NCBI RefSeq assembly: GCF_004010195.1
Contig: NC_057740.1
Coordinates: forward strand, 10,341,709-10,402,293
Reading direction: 5' to 3'
Length of the DNA: 60,585 nucleotides
DNA from: Chiloscyllium plagiosum
Taxonomy: Eukaryota
Part shown: piece by piece, positions 23,401 through 35,355 of the stretch
Numbering within the stretch: the first letter of the stretch is position 1
Layout: every line of letters begins with the position of its first letter
The notes under the pieces: generated by a model
Told to the model about the DNA's origin: nothing
The model's input: the letters and a program-made list of their open reading frames with translations, nothing else
Database searches by the model: none
Translations under genes and position numbers: made by a program

Positions 23401-26400
23401 CAGTAGTAATGTTCTTATCCTTGGATGTCCAGGTTCAAATCCCACCTGTTCCACAAGTGTGTAAGAGCAATTCTGAACAGATTGATTAGTAAAATTGTTA
23501 AATTTTTTTAAAAAAATTAAAAATAAAAGGATTCTTTCTTCTGATAGGTCCCTTCACCTCACTATAAGAATGTCCATAAAAGAACACCTTATCAATGGTA
23601 TTGAAGCAAGTGACTTCATGACTTTGTAAGCATTAGAAGTCTACTTGTAAGCTGGTTTTGTGCATTTTAATTTCCCCTCCGGACCCTGGGGCATATTTTT
23701 AAGGTGAGAGGAGAAAGATTTGAAAAAGATAGAGGGGCAATTTATTTTTACGCAGAGTGGTTCGTGTGTGTTACAACGTTTAAAAGACATTTAGAGAAGT
23801 ACAAGAATAGGAAATGTTTGGCGGGATATGGGCCAAACATGGGCAAGTGGGACTAGGTTAGTTTGGGATTATGGTCAGCATGGACTGGTTGGACTGAAGG
23901 GTCTTCTTCTGTGCTGTATGACTGTATGACGCTAATCTGCCAGGCACTCAAAGTGTTAGATCAGGACCCTGAATATATATATGTGCTTTTGTTAAAGATG
24001 AAAAATCGAACATGAAAATGAGTTTATCAGAAAGGAAATCTTTTTAAACAACCTGTCTGAACATGATGTGTCACATCTCCAAGACCATCCCTGACTTGAA
24101 TCCAAACCTTTTAGCCCTGAGGTAAGGACCCTGTCACTGCACCAACATGTTTCTGTGCATAACATTATTTTTAATCAACCTGTTCAGATATGTCATGCCA
24201 ATTCTGAAGTAGGTGAGATTTAAATGTGGACCTACTGGCCCTGAGGTGAGGCACTACCAGTGCACCGCAAGACTCTAAAGTTATTTGTAAACTACCTGTT
24301 TGGACATGTTGTAGCACATTTGCACGGCAGGTGAGACTTTAACCTGGACTTTCTAGGCTAGAATTACGGGCACTACCACTTTACTGCAAATCCCCTTTAG
24401 CATTTGTCTGTACGTCCATGTTGTCTGTCTGAATCGGACACATTATCCCCAATTGTTTGCTTCTGTTCTTAGTGCCTCCACCTACTGGCAGTTAAAAAAA
24501 CCACTAACTCTATAAGTTGTTCCTCCTGCTGCCTATTTAATACTGCTCTAACGTTTCTCAAACATAAGGTGGTTGAAAATTGTAAAAAATATTGAAGTAT
24601 GCAATGGTCATTCATGAGCATTCCTTAGAGTTAAAATATTAAAGAAGCATCATTCAACAAAATCAAAATCAAGCAACAACCTTCCTGCACAGAGTGAACA
24701 GACAGCATGAGAAGGTTATAGGTACCTGGTTCTTTACACCTCTAACATAACCCATTTGACGCCAGTCCACTTCTTTGGGCATACGCCTGACTTCCTCCAC
24801 TTCTTCCAGTTCTTCTAGTTCAATATCTGAGAATGCTTCATCTGTGTAATTTGCCATTTCATACATTGTTGCATCAGTATACAACTGTACAAACTCTGCT
24901 GGTGTCTGGAAGATAGAGTTGCATGATACCTCCAATGACACTATATCAGCAAACTATGCAAAGTCAAAATTGATTTGTTCACAAACAATTTCAATTCCAC
25001 GTGTCTCAATTATGTTTGCAATTTGCATCCAAGTTTGGCGATAATAGTGATAGAGCTCTCGAGCTCATCTTGTTACACAAAACGTGGAAGTCTTGGAGAG
25101 GGAGACAAGAGACATGAGCAGAAAGAAGCAAACTCCTGGTGTCTGTTGTAGATCAACAGGTCAGAGCAGGAGATTAAATCAAGAAACTTGAAGTCAAAGA
25201 AGCATATAGAGAAATGGGGATAATTGTCATGGATAATTTACTTCAATTTCTAGGAATAGATCAAGAATCTTTGCAAGTGCTTTCAGAATGAAACCATGTT
25301 TTGAGTAAACTGGAGAGGGTTCAGAAGAGACTTACCAGGCTGTTGCTGGGTATAGAAGGTTTGAATTATAAAAAAGGCTGGATAGGCTGGGACACTTTCA
25401 CTGGAGTACAGGAGGTTGAGAGGCGACCTTGTAGAAGTTCACAAAATAATGAGAGATATAGATAGAGTTAATGGCAGCAGTCTTTCCCCTAGAATGGGGC
25501 ATTTCAAGACTGAGGGCACATTTTTAAGTTGAGTGGAAAGAGATTTAATTGATATGAGAAGTAAATATGTTACACAGAGGGTGGTTTACATGTGGAATGA
25601 GCTTCCTGAGGAAGTGATGGATGTGGGTACAATTGCAACATTTAAAAGACATTTGGATGGATACATGAATAGGAAAGGTTTGGAGGGATATGAGCCAGGA
25701 GCAGGCGAGTGGAACTAGTTTAGTTTTGGGTTGTGTTCAGCATGGACTGGTTGGACCGAAGGGTCTGTTTCTGTGCTGTATGACTCTCTGACTCATTGAC
25801 AGTTAACTAACAAATTCCTATAATCAGAGGCACTGTTGTATTGGATCTTCAAACATAATGGAGGTCACAGTATAGGCAATCCTTCATTATGAAAGCATTT
25901 ATCTGAAAATGCACCAATACTAAAGAGACAAGTAATTGGGCTGTGAACAAAGTTTGTAACTTGACCATATTAAATGTAGCCAAATGTTATTTTTCTGGAA
26001 TTAGTGGGATTTTTTTAAACTCGAAAATAAACCAGTTGCTAGCTGAAACAAACTTAATACAACGCAGACACAATGGATGGATGTCACAAACATGTTAACC
26101 AAGAAACAGTTGGTGCAATTAGTCTACACAATGGTACTTGTTTGTCCAGGTTTAAATGACACTCTTTGCTATTGACCCAAGTTAACAGCACTTAAAAATA
26201 ACAACTGCTGTTCCATTGCATTATCGCACACACCCCATGAAAATGTTAACACCAATATAGTTACAACAAGTAAAACACATTTGCTGACCTAACAATGAAG
26301 GCAAGCCCAGAACTTTACATGTGAAATTGCCTTTGTAAGTCATGAACACAGGATGTGTGCTTGACACAATATTAAGATGTTGCAGTCTCAAGTGTCATTG

Positions 26401-29400
26401 TCCTGGGTGTGCATCTTGGACTATATATAATGGGAACAGAAGGAGCAACTTGTAAGAATAGCTGCAAGAGGAAGTAATCACCCAAACAAATGGAATAGAC
26501 TTCCTGGAGTGATTGACGGGGCAATATCTTTGAAACTACGAATGATTAATGGGACTAGCAACTCGAATTAATGGGAGCAACATGCAGATGCTTGAATGTA
26601 TGCGGTCATCCCCATAGATGCAGAGGACCATGGAGCTGCTCTCCCATTAGAGAGAGATTACTGGTGGTGAGGTTAACCTGAGGGTCACCCTGTCTCAAGC
26701 AAGGAGCGAAGTGAGGAAAGCAGGCCCTCAGTGGTCATTTTAGTCAGAATGGGAATTGAACCCACGTGATTGGCATCACTCTTCATCGCAAACCAGCCAG
26801 CCAAGCTAACAGACTTCCATGTAGGAGCAAATTACTGCAGATGCTGGAATCGGTACTGAAAACAACAAATGCTGGACATCACAGTAGGTCAGACAGCATC
26901 CATGGAGAGAGGGCAAGCTAATGTTTCAAGTCTAGATGACTCTTCATCTGAGCTTCACACAGACCTCCGTGTGTGTGTGTGTGTGTTGGGGTGGGGCGGT
27001 ACAAAAAGACTGCTAAAAGATTACTGAGTCGTCCTGAATTGTGAGCCTTGCCCTACAACAGCTGAAGAACGCTGTGGCAAAAGTGACTGTATTCTGGTAT
27101 AGTTTAAGATTATGCCTAGGACTGAAGGTCAACTGAATACAGTTGAAACACCTATCCTCAGACAGACGCATTGTGAGAAGTGGGATCAGGAAACTGAGCT
27201 GGACTGTAAGATTCAATGGAAGCAGAAAATGGTTCAAATAGCATGCACAGGGAAGACCAGTATCAAAAGCAAAACTGGATGAAAGACAGAGTCTAGGAAA
27301 TGTGGAGACTGGGGTAAAATGAGAATGGATATAAGATAACGATGTATATCAAGATCTAACAGTGATGTTAGCAGTCATGTGCAAGAGACTGTGAAGAAGG
27401 GATGGAATAGTCTGTGCTAATGTGAAATGTGCTTACAGAGAACAGTATTATCCACAATGGTGTCAATAAAACTTTGCAGAAACCTCAAATCAGACAACAG
27501 TCATTCATATGTAAGGGGAGACAGTTATAGGTTCCAAGCTACTAGAGGAGACAAGGTCAGCACTTAATACACAGAGCCACAAGACTCATGGAATCAAACC
27601 ATAGATCATGGGCAAAATATGAGCTGTTATTAAGGGCAATTAAGAATGAATGTCAAATGCTGGCCATGTTGGTGACTTCTACATCCCATGAAAGAAAAGT
27701 AAAGTTCTGCTGGACAACATGAGTCATAGTTAAAAACAAGATAATGGCAACAGGAAAACTGTTCAGAAGGGCTGAAATAGGAAATAGGAAATAGGATTTG
27801 GATAGCAGGAACTATTGCAAAAACAAATCCACTATTTGAAGCAGAAAGATGAGATAAGTAACATTAAAGCCACTGAAATGTATCATAAAAGTCTCATCAT
27901 GGCACAATTTCAAATGATCAAGGAGTGGAAAATATTACAAACTGTTTCTTTCTTGGTTTAAAAATAAAAGGAAGTATTTGATAAGGCAGTGATCAAAAAG
28001 CTGAAAGTGTTAATGGAATAGATGGGGTGCCTGATGGATGAATGCCAAGAACGAGCTCTTTTTTATTTAAATAAAGAAACGCAAGTGCTTCCTGGGGATC
28101 TTGAACATTGTTGGCAGAACATTTATTTTTCCAAAAAGCATATAGGGGCAACCCAAAAATTACAAGCCCGAGAATATAATATCTGTTTTAGATAAAGTAT
28201 TAAATGACATACTGACTGAGGAGATCATGAAAGAATTGTATCATAATGATGAAGGAGCTAGTGGACAATTCATGGCACAACATCCTTGATTATTAAAATT
28301 TGTGGAGATTTTAATGGAAGTGAATATATATTCAGTGAAAGTGAACTATTTTTGGTGCTTAGCAAGATTTTTGATAGCAGGCCACACAAAATAAAAATTA
28401 TAATACAAGACAAGCTACTGAGGTGAATTGGCAATTTGCTAAATTGAAAATCCATTGATTAAAAATGGAGATATGTTGAGATATACAATTCTGGGTGCAA
28501 TATTGCAGTAAGAGAAACAAGGCATTGAAAACTGCAGAAAGTGGAAGACAAACAATTCAGTACATTCAAATGTTAAAGCTCTCAGATCAAAGAACAAAGA
28601 AAATTACAGCACAGGAACAGGCCCTTCGGCCTTCCAAGCCTGCATCGATCCAGATCCTCCATCTAAACCTGTCGCCTAGTTTCCAAGGATCTATATCTGT
28701 CAGCTCCCTGCCCATTCATGTATCTGTCTAGAAACATCTTAAATGATGCTATAGTGCCCGCCTCTACCACCTCCATTGGCAATGTATTCCAGACATCCAC
28801 CACCCTCTGCATAAAAAACTTTCCACGCATACTCCCTTAAACTTTTACCTCTCATCTTGAACTCGTGATTTCCAGTAATTGAGTCCCCCACTCTGGGAAA
28901 AATCTTCTTGTCATCCACCTTGTCTATACCTCTCATGATTTTGTAGATGTCAAACAGGTCCCCTCTCAATTCCATCTCTCTAATGAAAATAATCCAAATC
29001 CACTCAACCTCTCTTTATAGCTAATGCCCTCCATATCAGGCAACATCCTGGTGAACCTCCTCAGCACCCTCTCCAAAGCATCCACATCCTTTTGGTAATG
29101 TGGTGGCAAGAACTGTATGCAGTATTCCAAATGTGGCCGAACCAAAGTATTATACAACTGTAACATGGCCTGCCAACTCTTGTACTCAATATCCCGTCTG
29201 ATGAAGAAAGCATGCCATATGCCTTCTTGACCACACTATTGACTGCCTTCAGGGTACAATGGACCTGAACACCCAGATCTCTCTGTCCATCAATTTTCCA
29301 CAGGGCTTTTCCATTCACCGTATAGTTCACTCTAGGATTGGATCTTCCAAAATGTATCACCTTACATTTGCCCATATTGAATTCCAGCTGCCATTTCTCT

Positions 29401-32400
29401 GCCCAACTCTCCTGTCTATCTATATTCTGCTGCATTCTCTGACAGCCCCCTTCACTATCTGCTACTCCACCAATCTTAGTATCCTCTGAAAACTTGCTAA
29501 TCAAACCACCTATGCCATCCTCCAGATCATTTACGTATATCACAAACAACAGTGATCCCAGCACTGATCTCCATTTTGAGAAACTCCTGTCTACAACAAC
29601 TGTCTGTCTCCTGCTGCCCAGCCAGTTCTCTATCTATCTAGCTAATACATTCTGGCCCCCAGTGTAGCAAAGAAGTGAGCAAGTTATGTGGAGGACAGAA
29701 GTATCATTGAGGATATTATTTAAAGATTTAAAATCCTAAAGAAAGATAAATTGAAACCAATCATACTTGAAATTGTCACAGATTTCGGAACCAAAAGACC
29801 TGGGCTTAAATAGGAAGTCAAAAACAGTTTAACTTATTTCACACAGAGGGGATTAATGTATGGTGTAGATTGCCCATTAAGTCAGTAGAGAAATGAATAC
29901 AGCAATTTGTAAAAGACAATTAGGTAGATGATTGAAAGGGTGGCTAATTGAGATATATTACATTTTCAAACTTGCCAAATAGTCTACAAAGCGTTTTCTG
30001 ATTCTTCCGTATTCCCATTTCCCTTCTCCAAAGTTTATTTTAGATTGAGATTGTGATTTTGATTTAGATTTACATTCGCATTTTATTATCACGTGCCCTC
30101 AAGCACAGCAGCACAGGAATACAGTGAAAAGTGTATAATGTCGCCAATCACAGCTACATCTTAGGTACAAAGGTACCAAGGTATAAAAAAAACTCAGGTA
30201 CAAAGTAGTAAGAGAAATGAGAGTTAAAAAGTTAAGCATTAGAGTCATAGAGGCCTACAGCACAGAGACAGGCCCTTTGGTCCAAACTGGTCCATGCCGA
30301 CCAAAATGTCCATCCACACTAACCCCATTTCCCTGCACTTGGCCATATCCTTCTAATCTTTTCCTATCCATGTATTTGTCCAAATGCCTTTTAAATGTCG
30401 TGAATGTACACACCTCAACCACTTTTGCTGCCGGCTCATTCCACATGCGTACCATCCTCTGTATAAAAAAGTTACCCCTCAGGTTCCCTTTTATTCTTTC
30501 CCTTTTAAATTTAAACTGATGCCCTCTTGTCCTCAATTCCTCAACCCTGAGAAAAAAACTGAGTGCATTCACCCTATCCATGCTTCTCATGATCTTATAC
30601 ACTTCTATAAGATTCACCCCTCAGTCTCCTACACTGTAAAGAAAAATGTCCTAGCTCTCCCTACAACCTAGACCCTTGAGTCCTGGCAACATCCTTGTAA
30701 AATTCTACTGCATTCTTTCCAGTTTAATAACATCCCTCCGATAGTGATCAAAACTGAGCACTCCAAGTGCAGCCTTACCAATATCCTGTACAACTACAAT
30801 ATAACTTCCCAACTTCTATACTCAATGCTCTGACTGATGAAGGCCAGTGTGCCAAAAACCTTCTTCCCTGCCCTGTCTCCCTGTGACTCTACTTTCAGAG
30901 AACCATGTACCTGAACTCCAAGGTACCTCTGTTCCACTACACTCCTTAAGGGCCTACCATACAACATGAAACTCCTATTTTGATTTGACTTTCCAAAATG
31001 CAAGACCTCACACTTATTTACATTAAACTCCAGTTGCAATTTCTCAGCTCACTTCCCCAGCTGATCAAGGTCCTGCTGCAATTTCTGACAACCTTCCCCA
31101 ATGTCCACGATACCGCCTATTTCAGTGTCATCTGCAAATGTACTAATAATGCCTTGTACGTTCTCATCCAAATCATTGATATCGATAACAAATGCAAATG
31201 GGCTCAGCACCGACCCCTGAGGTACACCACTAGTTACCAGCCTCCAGTCCATTTCTGACAACCTTCCCCACTGTCCACGATACCGCCTATTTCAGTGTCA
31301 TCTGCAAACGTGCTAATAATGCCTTGTACATTCTCATCCAAATCATTGATATCGATAACAAATGCAAATGGGCTCAGCACCGACCCCTGAGGTACACCAC
31401 TAGTTACCAGCCTCCAGTCCAAAAGCGTCCTTCCACTATTACCCTCTGCTTCCTACCATCAAGCCAATTGTGTATTCAATTTGCCAGCTCCCCCTGGATT
31501 CCATGCAATCTAACCTTCCACAGCAGCCTATCATGTGGAACCTTATCAAAGGCCTTACTGAAATCCATATAGACTACATCTACCACCCTGCCCTCATCAA
31601 CCTTCCTGGTCACTTCATCAAAGAACTCTAACAAATTTGTGAGGCATGATCTCCCATGCACAAACCCATGCTGACTACTCCTAGTCAAACCCTCCTAAAT
31701 GGATGTATTCCCTCAGAATCTTCTCAAGTAACCTACAAACCACAGATGTTAAGCTTACTGGTCTAGGGTTCCCAGGTTTTTCTTTGCAGCCTATCTTGTA
31801 TAAGGGCACAACACTCACTACCTTCACATTACTTCACAGAATAAGTAGAAAAAATTAAAAAAGGTAATAGTTAAGATTAAATTCCTTCTTAACATAAACT
31901 GGAAAAATAAAGGAACAAAATAATAGCTAACATTAAAGTCATTTTTAAATTTCAACTAGAAAATGAAGGAATTAGGTTAAAGTTCAATTTGGTTATGCAG
32001 GACATTGGTGAGGCCTCTTCTGGAATACTGCATTCATTTCTGGTCTTCCAGTTATAGGAGGATACTATTAAGCTGGAGAGGGTTCAGAAGAGATTTATCA
32101 GGATGTTGCCAGGTATGGAAGGTTTGAGTTATAAAGAAAGGTTGGATAGGCTGGGAATTTTTTCACTGGAGCATAGAAGATTCAGGGGAGTCCTAATACA
32201 AGTTTATAAAATCATGTGAGATATAGAAAGGGTTAATAATAGGTGTATTTTCCCTAGGATGGGTGATTTCAAGACAAGGGAGCACATTTTTAAGGTGAAA
32301 GGAGAGAGATTTTAGAAAACAAGAGGGGCAAAAGTTTTACACGGTGAATGATTTATATGTGGAATGAACTTCCTGAGGAAGTAGTGGATCTGGTTACAAT

Positions 32401-34542
32401 TACAACATTGAAATGACATTTGGATAAGTACAGAATAGGAAAGACTTGGAGGGATATGAGCCAGGAGCAAACAGGTGGGACTAGTTTAGTTTGGGATGAT
32501 GTTTGGCATGGACTGGTTAATCTAAATGGTCCGTTTCCATGTTATATGACTCTATGACTTTATTTTCAGAACATGAACATTGCTGACGAGACCATATTAA
32601 TTACCTAGTCTTTGTTATTCTGATGGGCTTTCTTACTGAACCTGTATGTAGTGATACTGGAATCATGGCAATGTTTTGCTCAAAATAAGTTAGAGTTGAA
32701 GACAACAGCTGGCCCAATGGAGATAGCAACATTTCCAGCTGATATATTTTTGTCCCAGGAAAATAGGTTCACTTAATTGGGCTCAAGTGATTCTCCATCA
32801 CTCACAGTGCCAAAGAAGCAAGTATGGCACTCTATCATTGCTATCACTCACCAAGTCTCCAAATTCATTCATGGCCATTTCATACATGGAATTTCCTTGA
32901 TGATATCGAGCATTGTGAGCTGCGATCTTCTCCAAGTTTTCCAGCCAAATTTCTCTCCTGACTAGATCTTCCTCCTACAAAAATATTGAGTTACTGCAAT
33001 ATAATGGTCATAGCATCAATTGCCCAATGAAATTAGTGAAGTTACAAATGGAGTGTTTCTTCAAATGAGTGAAGGCAGTTGAATGTTCGAGTAGGAGATG
33101 ACAGTATTTACTGTCAGCTACAGTAGAAAAAACTGGCATCAAAACTATCAGGTACAAAGAAGGGGAAACCAAATAAGTTTTAGGCCATGATTTTGGAAAA
33201 AGATTACATACAGCACACAGGGCAGCAAGACAACGGGCCTGGCTCATTTCAATCTGAGATTTACATTATGAGCAAAGAAGTCAAAAAAGTTAGGGTGGCA
33301 TGGTGGCTAGTACTGCTGCTTCTCAGCACCAGAAATCTGGGTTTGATTCTAGTCTCAGGCAACTGTCTATGGGGAGTTTGTACATTCTTCCTGTGTTTGC
33401 ATGAGTTTCCTCCAGATGCTTTGTTTTTTTTCCCACAGTCCAAAAGAAGGCAGATGAGTTGGCATGGCCATGCTAAATGCAGGGGTCATAGGGTGGGGGT
33501 GAGATGCTCTTCAGAGGGTCAGTTTGGGCTTGATGGGCCAAATGGTCTGTTTCCACACTGTAGGGGTTCTATGAGTTGGATAATAGGCACCATGAATGCA
33601 CTCTAGCGGAGTGAGAGCTTACCACGCACCCAACTGAGTTCTGTTTATCTTTAAGCTACAGACATAAAACAAAGGTGTTTCCAAAATCCCCATTCCTGCC
33701 ACTCTGCTGTAGATTACACTTCCATTTTCCTCAACCTACTTGGTAAAGTCCAAATATAGGTTTTTTAAAAAGTGGAAAGGCAGCCTAATTTGTTATATCA
33801 TAATTACTGCTTCTCACCAATACAACAAGCAATGACTTGTGTTCATATGGTCAGTTTAACAATATATATTATCACAAGGTGAAACACAGGAGTGTTGTAA
33901 ATAATCTTTGACAGTGAGAAACATTCAATGATATTGGGACACAAGTCAGGTGAAAGGGGTATAGAAGGTAGCATTTTTCTGACTGAAATCATGATGAGAT
34001 ATATGATCAGAAGCTGATCCAGCGGGTAAATATTTCTCCACAGGTACAAGCACTCCAGTTCAGCCTCACACAGTTCGGAAGGTGATGCTGTTGGTAACTA
34101 GAGAACAGGCTTTTCAATATGGAACTAAAGCTAACTGGTTTGACCGTCCCAATATTTCCTTGGAGGAAATTAGAGAAACATGTCATTATTCGCGTTTTAC
34201 AAATTTGGAAGAAATGTCCAATAGTTGCCAAGTTATTGGCTGGTATTAAGTATCTGAATCGCCACAGAAGGACATTTTGTGGAAACTTTGCTTTTTGGTT
34301 CTGACTAATCAGCATTAACAAACAGGTGGGGATTAGAGTTCAAGCTGACTTCTTCAAAACAATGTCATGGTCTCACAATCCTCTGCTCAGCCCAGATTTC
34401 TTACCACACTAAGGTAGCTTTTTCCATATGCCTGCTTCCAAGTTTCCCATTGCTCATCCACGATTGGGTTTGACAAGGCCATGGGTATAACAGTCAGGGT
34501 CCACACCATAAAGAGGGAAAATATCATGACGAAGTATTGCAT
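17321..34542 (-). CDS. Cathepsin L-like papain-family (C1A) cysteine protease, gene B (spliced, 344 aa)
   Basis: Exons 34542-34405, 32974-32852, 24905-24726, 22259-22038, 20954-20786, 19281-19176, 17417-17321 total 1035 nt in an open frame, all GT-AG. Signal peptide, I29 prodomain (WETWK, ERFNIN-like EDLVRREIWLENLEKIAAHN, MNEFGDL), MPKEVDWR, QGSCLSCYAF, DHAV, WIIKNSWG. Confidence 0.95.
17675..17950 (-). mobile_element. HE1-type SINE
   Basis: Reverse HE1 head ctaaccactgagccaccatgctgccc and body. Confidence 0.85.
18255..18605 (-). mobile_element. tRNA-derived SINE, third family
   Basis: Reverse complement of the family at 45027-45340; other copies at ~39440-39700 and ~56030-56770. Confidence 0.6.
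19176..19281 (-). CDS. Gene B catalytic His/Asn exon
   Basis: GIFDDADCNNKRVDHAVVLIGYVDAPSSSYWIIKNS, 106 nt, ttacag|..|gtaact. Confidence 0.93.
19422..19908 (-). mobile_element. Tx1/L1-clade non-LTR retrotransposon 3' end
   Basis: Minus-strand translation (with frameshift and stops) GLLLSLANLAINRSRQRAVEG..DCLPLFPGYVRA.VSLEK.HAV resembles Tx1-type ORF2 C-termini; AATAAA and A-rich tail; flanked by ctggtt duplicates. Confidence 0.7.
19944..20108. mobile_element. Fold-back Penelope-related short element with 13-bp TSD and hammerhead core
   Basis: TSD ctttcctgattgg (19931-19943 / 20109-20121); CTGAAGA-a-GGGC-ttat-GCCC-GAAAC at 20066-20090. Confidence 0.75.
20560..20760. mobile_element. Palindromic short element (inverted Penelope-type termini)
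   Basis: Centre tcttcagatctgaaga; arms cagaaattgctgga / tccagtaatttctg; degenerate hammerhead core at 20649-20680. Confidence 0.6.
20786..20954 (-). CDS. Gene B exon (RNDQCSF..GPISVLVY..FYKSG)
   Basis: 169 nt, aattacag|..G|gtaaag. Confidence 0.92.
22038..22259 (-). CDS. Gene B catalytic Cys exon
   Basis: 222 nt, GSCLSCYAFAAVGAVEGQ..STQNIIDC..GCDGG..YPYQAK. Confidence 0.95.
22755..23063 (+). mobile_element. HE1-type SINE
   Basis: HE1 body and tail gggattctatga. Confidence 0.8.
23685..23930 (+). mobile_element. HER1/CR1 LINE 3' end
   Basis: ggtgagaggagaaagattt..gggatatgggcc..ctgtatgactgtatgac tail. Confidence 0.75.
24045..24400 (-). repeat. Three degenerate tandem ~120-bp tRNA-head SINE-like units
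   Basis: acctgt(c/t)..ga(c/t)atg ... cac(c/t)..cactgcacc recurs at ~24050, ~24178 and ~24294; an opposite-strand copy lies at ~23388-23490. Confidence 0.55.
24726..24905 (-). CDS. Gene B exon: acidic pro-linker and mature N-terminus
   Basis: 180 nt, TPAEF..DIELEELEEVEEVRRMPKEVDWRQMGYVRGVKNQ, ttccag|..|gtacct. Confidence 0.93.
25308..25795 (+). mobile_element. HER1/CR1 LINE 3' end
   Basis: LERVQKR..TQRVVYMWNELPEEV..FKRHLD; tail ctgtatgactctctgactc. Confidence 0.85.
26620..26810 (-). mobile_element. tRNA-derived SINE, second family
   Basis: Reverse complement of the 7380-7598 family. Confidence 0.6.
26915..26955 (-). ncRNA. Minimal hammerhead-like motif at the end of a Penelope-type short element (26821-26955)
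   Basis: Minus strand: aagct-CaGATGA-a-GAGTC-atcta-GACTT-GAAA-catt-agctt; 5-bp stem I and stem II both pair. Confidence 0.55.
26969..26986. repeat. (GT)9 microsatellite
   Basis: Direct reading. Confidence 0.9.
28590..29660 (-). mobile_element. CR1 LINE RT fragment with 3' tail
   Basis: ORFs LFVIYVNDL..SKFSEDTKIGG, LYNTLVRPHLEYCIQF; tail ttctttgttct. Confidence 0.9.
30241..31815 (-). mobile_element. HER1/CR1 LINE RT fragment with internal 170-bp tandem duplication
   Basis: QHGF..SCLTNLLEFF, YMDFSKAFDKVPH, SGVPQGSVL, FADDT, RGHQFK; 31081-31250 is repeated at 31251-31420. Confidence 0.92.
31995..32560 (+). mobile_element. HER1/CR1 LINE 3' end
   Basis: Closely similar to 25308-25795; tail atgactctatgact. 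Confidence 0.85.
32852..32974 (-). CDS. Gene B I29 prodomain exon
   Basis: EEDLVRREIWLENLEKIAAHNARYHQGNSMYEMAMNEFGDL, 123 nt, ttgtag|..|gtgagt; not present in the ORF track. Confidence 0.93.
33292..33573 (+). mobile_element. HE1-type SINE
   Basis: HE1 head, body and tail. Confidence 0.8.
34405..34542 (-). CDS. Gene B signal-peptide exon
   Basis: MQYFVMIFSLFMVWTLTVIPMALSNPIVDEQWETWKQAYGKSYLSV|gtaaga; acceptor cccacag| with exon start at 34573. Confidence 0.92.
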
Positions 34543-35355
34543 ACGTCACTGGGCTAGTGTCTTCAGTGAAAAGCTGTGGGCAATACAATGAGAAAGACAT
34601 GGAGACATAATGCAAGTCCACAATCCCACAGTCCTACCCTAATTATTAAGATGATCGGCACAAGTACAGGTTGAATGGATACCTCATCGTGTACATTTTC
34701 TAAAGTTAGAAGAGCTGAGAGCAGACTAACTACTGCATGCCTACAAAATAAAAATAACAGAGCAGAAGAAAGGTGTTTGATTTAGCTTTAAATAATTTCA
34801 ATTATAATCGTTAAAAGAAAATTTGCCAACTAGTCTTCATTCAGACGTAGAGGGGGGTTGGGGGGGCATTCCTGATAGTGTTCAATTCCTGCATTCCCAA
34901 CAATTTTAATTACCCTGGAAACACAGTTGGCAGACATTGTAAAGTTTCCTGGCTGGTGTGGAATCTGAAGGTAGACATGGGTGACACAGCCAGATTTGGC
35001 TTCTGCTTTGCCTCATTAATACACGTAATATACTGATCACAGGAATCTCTGATTCTCACTGAATGTATCCTGATAAGACACTCATTTTAAAAAATACTGT
35101 GACTTTCCTCTGTCTGCTCGGCATCTAGAAGTGTTAACCCATCTGAATTACATTAAGTTCCAATGTTTCAGAGTTTTCAATCTAATTTCTTTCCCTACGT
35201 GGAATGTAATTACAATAATGTTGTTCTGCCAAGACATTCTGCTGAACTCTCTTTGAAATGCTACACTATTAAATTACACAATAGTTGATTCAATTTATTA
35301 ATTACACATTAGCATCAGGCCATTTATTATACTAGAAGAAATATATTTTACCCAC

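Noticed and set aside
25849-26430. TATA-like tatatataa at ~26422 and a signal-peptide-like 39-aa ORF (MVKLQTLFTAQLLVSLVLVHF.., 25968-25849, -) as an alternative start for gene B
   Set aside because: No convincing in-frame splice donor before the stop, and the true signal and prodomain exons are found at 34542 and 32974.
33008-33247. ORF MSQARCLAALCAVC.. as the gene B signal exon
   Set aside because: It lacks the W..WK motif and a suitable donor; 34542-34405 fits much better.
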